From: Octopus bimaculoides
Lineage: Eukaryota
Reading direction: 5' to 3'
Length of the DNA stretch: 64,000 nucleotides
NCBI RefSeq assembly: GCF_001194135.2
Contig: NC_068984.1
Span: 28,623,821 to 28,687,820 of the forward strand
Both the position numbers and the translations under genes were made by a program. Below are positions 61,401 through 64,000 of the stretch, piece by piece. The notes beneath the pieces are model-generated. The model was not told where the DNA came from and did not search any database. It saw only the letters and a program-made list of their open reading frames with translations. The first letter of the stretch is position 1. The number at the start of each line of letters is the position of its first letter.

Positions 61401-63649
61401 TATTGTTATTATGACATCAGTAATCAACATTCGTATTTGTTAAGGTAACTCTGAACGTGAATATGGCAGTACTGGGCAAAATTGTGTTTACCCTAATAAA
61501 ACAATCTGGCAAAATAGTGTACAGTAATACTTTACAAGTTAAACAAGGTGAAAAAAGATGTTCTTTGATTCATTCAAACAGAATATGAAAAGAAAAAATT
61601 GTATTAAGAATATACAACAAATAGAGAAGAGAAGAGATTGTGGAAACAACAAATTAATCCTGCCAAAGAGATTCTGTGCAAGTTGCTTTAGAAATATAAT
61701 CATCTTTCCCTTTCCAACAGAACCAAGTATTCAAAACAAATAATGAAATAATCTAGTAAACCTCAAAATAAACCAAGTTCTGAGCAAAGAATATGCTTAA
61801 GAAAAGAAGGTCAATCAAATTCAGAGCATATATGGAGACAAAGTATACAGCATGTTATGCAATGAGTAAGAAAGAAAATAAATATGAGTTCCTTTTTTAC
61901 CAAATCAAATACTTGCATAAGTAGCAGAAAATTCACAGACAATCAAAAACACTACCAATGAGCTGATGACGGTACCTCTATATGGTTGTTTGCCTAGTTA
62001 GAAATAAAAGCTAAATAATACTAGTTGTACTGACTATATTGTAGATCATGAACCAAAACAAACACTGTACTAAGCCCTACAATTTCACATAATTAGTCTA
62101 ATAAAGAAGCCACTAAACTGTCACACAACCTGCTAGGAATAGCAATTAATCTCCCTCAAATCATACCTTACCACTTTGGAGAAAGGCGAATGAGCAGAGA
62201 AAGGTAAATGAAGAGAGAGCAGTAAATGAGTAGAGAATGCTCATTTGTTTGCAAGGACTGTTTAATCTTGTATTGATGAGGACAAGATAACCTCCCAAAT
62301 GCTGGTGCCATGATGAGACGCACCCAATACATTCTTTAAAGTGGCTGGTAATTGCAAAGACATCCAGCTGAAGAAATAGAGCCAAAATGAACTGTACAAG
62401 GTGTGGTCCTCCATACCATATACAAAACCAGTAGTGCCTACAAAGAACTGACCCCAACCCTCTTGAGCCATCACATAGTGGCACAGCAAGGAAGTCCCTG
62501 TTGTGCTCTCTCTATTAATGTATTAAGTCTGTTAGAAAATAGAGATTTTGACAAAATGCAGCAGTCCAGCATAAAAATCATAAGAATATAACTATTGCAC
62601 AAATTTGGATGAAATTTGCCGATGCTATATAATGATCATTGATATACATTGTGAATATAGTTTTTCTCTGTTGTTTTTGATTATTACTTGTTGTCATGGT
62701 CTTTCACTAACCAAGGTAGATAAAATATAGTTGACTGCACATAAGTTGTTTCTTTTCTCGCATATATTTATAAGATATCGATTCTTGGGAATCGATTTCC
62801 TAATTAAATCATAAATAAATAATGATGAATAAATCACTAATAAATGATATCACCAGCTTTTGACATCAAAACAACAACACTATTTGAACTGTGGTTTCAA
62901 GTACTTCAGGATTTGGCAATAGATGAGGATATCTATAGTGCAGGACTTTAACAGTTAATAATAATAATTTCCTCTCCTTCTTTGCATTATTGCCTTATTT
63001 CCATTATAGAGAGCTCTATGATGGAATAGAGAGCTCTAAGCTCATATAATTGTTGCTTATGAATGTGCTTAAGATTTTTTCTAAAGGTGAAAAACAAACA
63101 AATACATCTCTTTAATTATGAATGTCTGAACTGAAGATTTAGGGAGAGAATTTGCTGTTAAAAGAAATATGCTACATTGACAATGAAAAGGAATAAATCT
63201 GTACTTAAAGACAAAATTCAATTAGCTTCAAAGAGAAATACTGTTTGTTTGAAGAGGATGTCTTACATACTATCATTGAGTTATAGAATTAAATCAAGGA
63301 TTAAGAGGGAAATGAAAAAAAGAATATATATGTGTGTATATATATATATATATATGAATATATTTGTGTGTGTGTGTGTGTGTGTGCATGCACATGTATG
63401 TGAAACAAAAAACTATTTTTTAAAAGTATACAATTCTCACATTCTTACAGATTCAATTACACCAGTTACAGTATGAAATATAGTAAAACTATTACAAATT
63501 AGATAAAAGCAGAAATGCATGTTAGACAGGACTATTAAACATATGGAAACTACGCTATTATCCACAATCCAACTTGATATGTCTTTAAATAACTAGAAAA
63601 TGATGGGGCTGGGAGTATTGAATAGGAATTGAATGAAGAAATGTGTATC

Positions 63650-63950
63650 AGCATCATTGATTTAATGTCCACTCTTCCATGATTGCATGGGTTGAATGGA
63701 GTTTATTGAAGTACAATTTTCTACAGCTGTATGCCATTCCAGTTGCCAAACCTTATCTGTTTCCAAAGAGTATAATATTCTCCCACGGTCAAATATGTTT
63801 TTGCATGATGCTGGTCATAATGACATTCATTTACAAAAGTCATGTGACGTCAAGACAGAATACTACTCACACTTACGTACACACATATATATGACAGGCT
63901 TCTTTCAGCTTCTGCCAACCAAAATCAATTTCATAAGTTTAGACAGAATT
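63650..63950 (-). mobile_element. SINE family B copy
   Basis: catcattgatttaatgtccactcttccatg...ttctacagctgtatgccattcc...gacaggcttctttcagcttctgcc. Confidence 0.65.
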
Positions 63951-64000
63951 TTAAGGGAAAATTTTTGAAGTTAATAAAATAGTAGAATTTCAAGAAATTA

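Noticed and set aside
62161-62489. Candidate upstream exon of the Ig gene (good donor G|gtaagg at 62171)
   Set aside because: The phase-0 frame has a stop 23 codons upstream, and no frame shows the expected first-Cys Ig strand.
63001-63040. Direct repeat atagagagctcta x2 containing the palindrome agagctct
   Set aside because: A short local duplication with no supporting context.

Overview
This is AT-rich, microsatellite-dense eukaryotic genomic DNA from a gapped scaffold with seven N-runs. The SINE/LINE families look to me like octopus (coleoid cephalopod) repeats; that is inference from recognition, not a database result. I can support only one host coding exon: a 205-nt minus-strand exon (60192-60396) with canonical splice sites, encoding the C-terminal two-thirds of an Ig V/I-set domain of the Lachesin/DIP/IgLON type. 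I found no other exon, so most of the window is probably one very large intron. It is filled with transposon relics: R4/Dong-like, RTE, CR1 and L1/Tx1-like LINEs, three SINE families, and maT (DD37D), piggyBac, Merlin-type and Helitron elements. I found no rRNA, intact tRNA, CRISPR array or operon-like system, and I cannot support a new multi-gene system. The best leads are: decayed hammerhead-ribozyme-like cores in the arms of a foldback element; a locally templated 261-bp insertion; retroelements stacked on (AAT)n tracts; perfect short-loop hairpins; and a structured LINE leader. Boundaries of decayed repeats are approximate, and all alignments and identities were estimated by eye.
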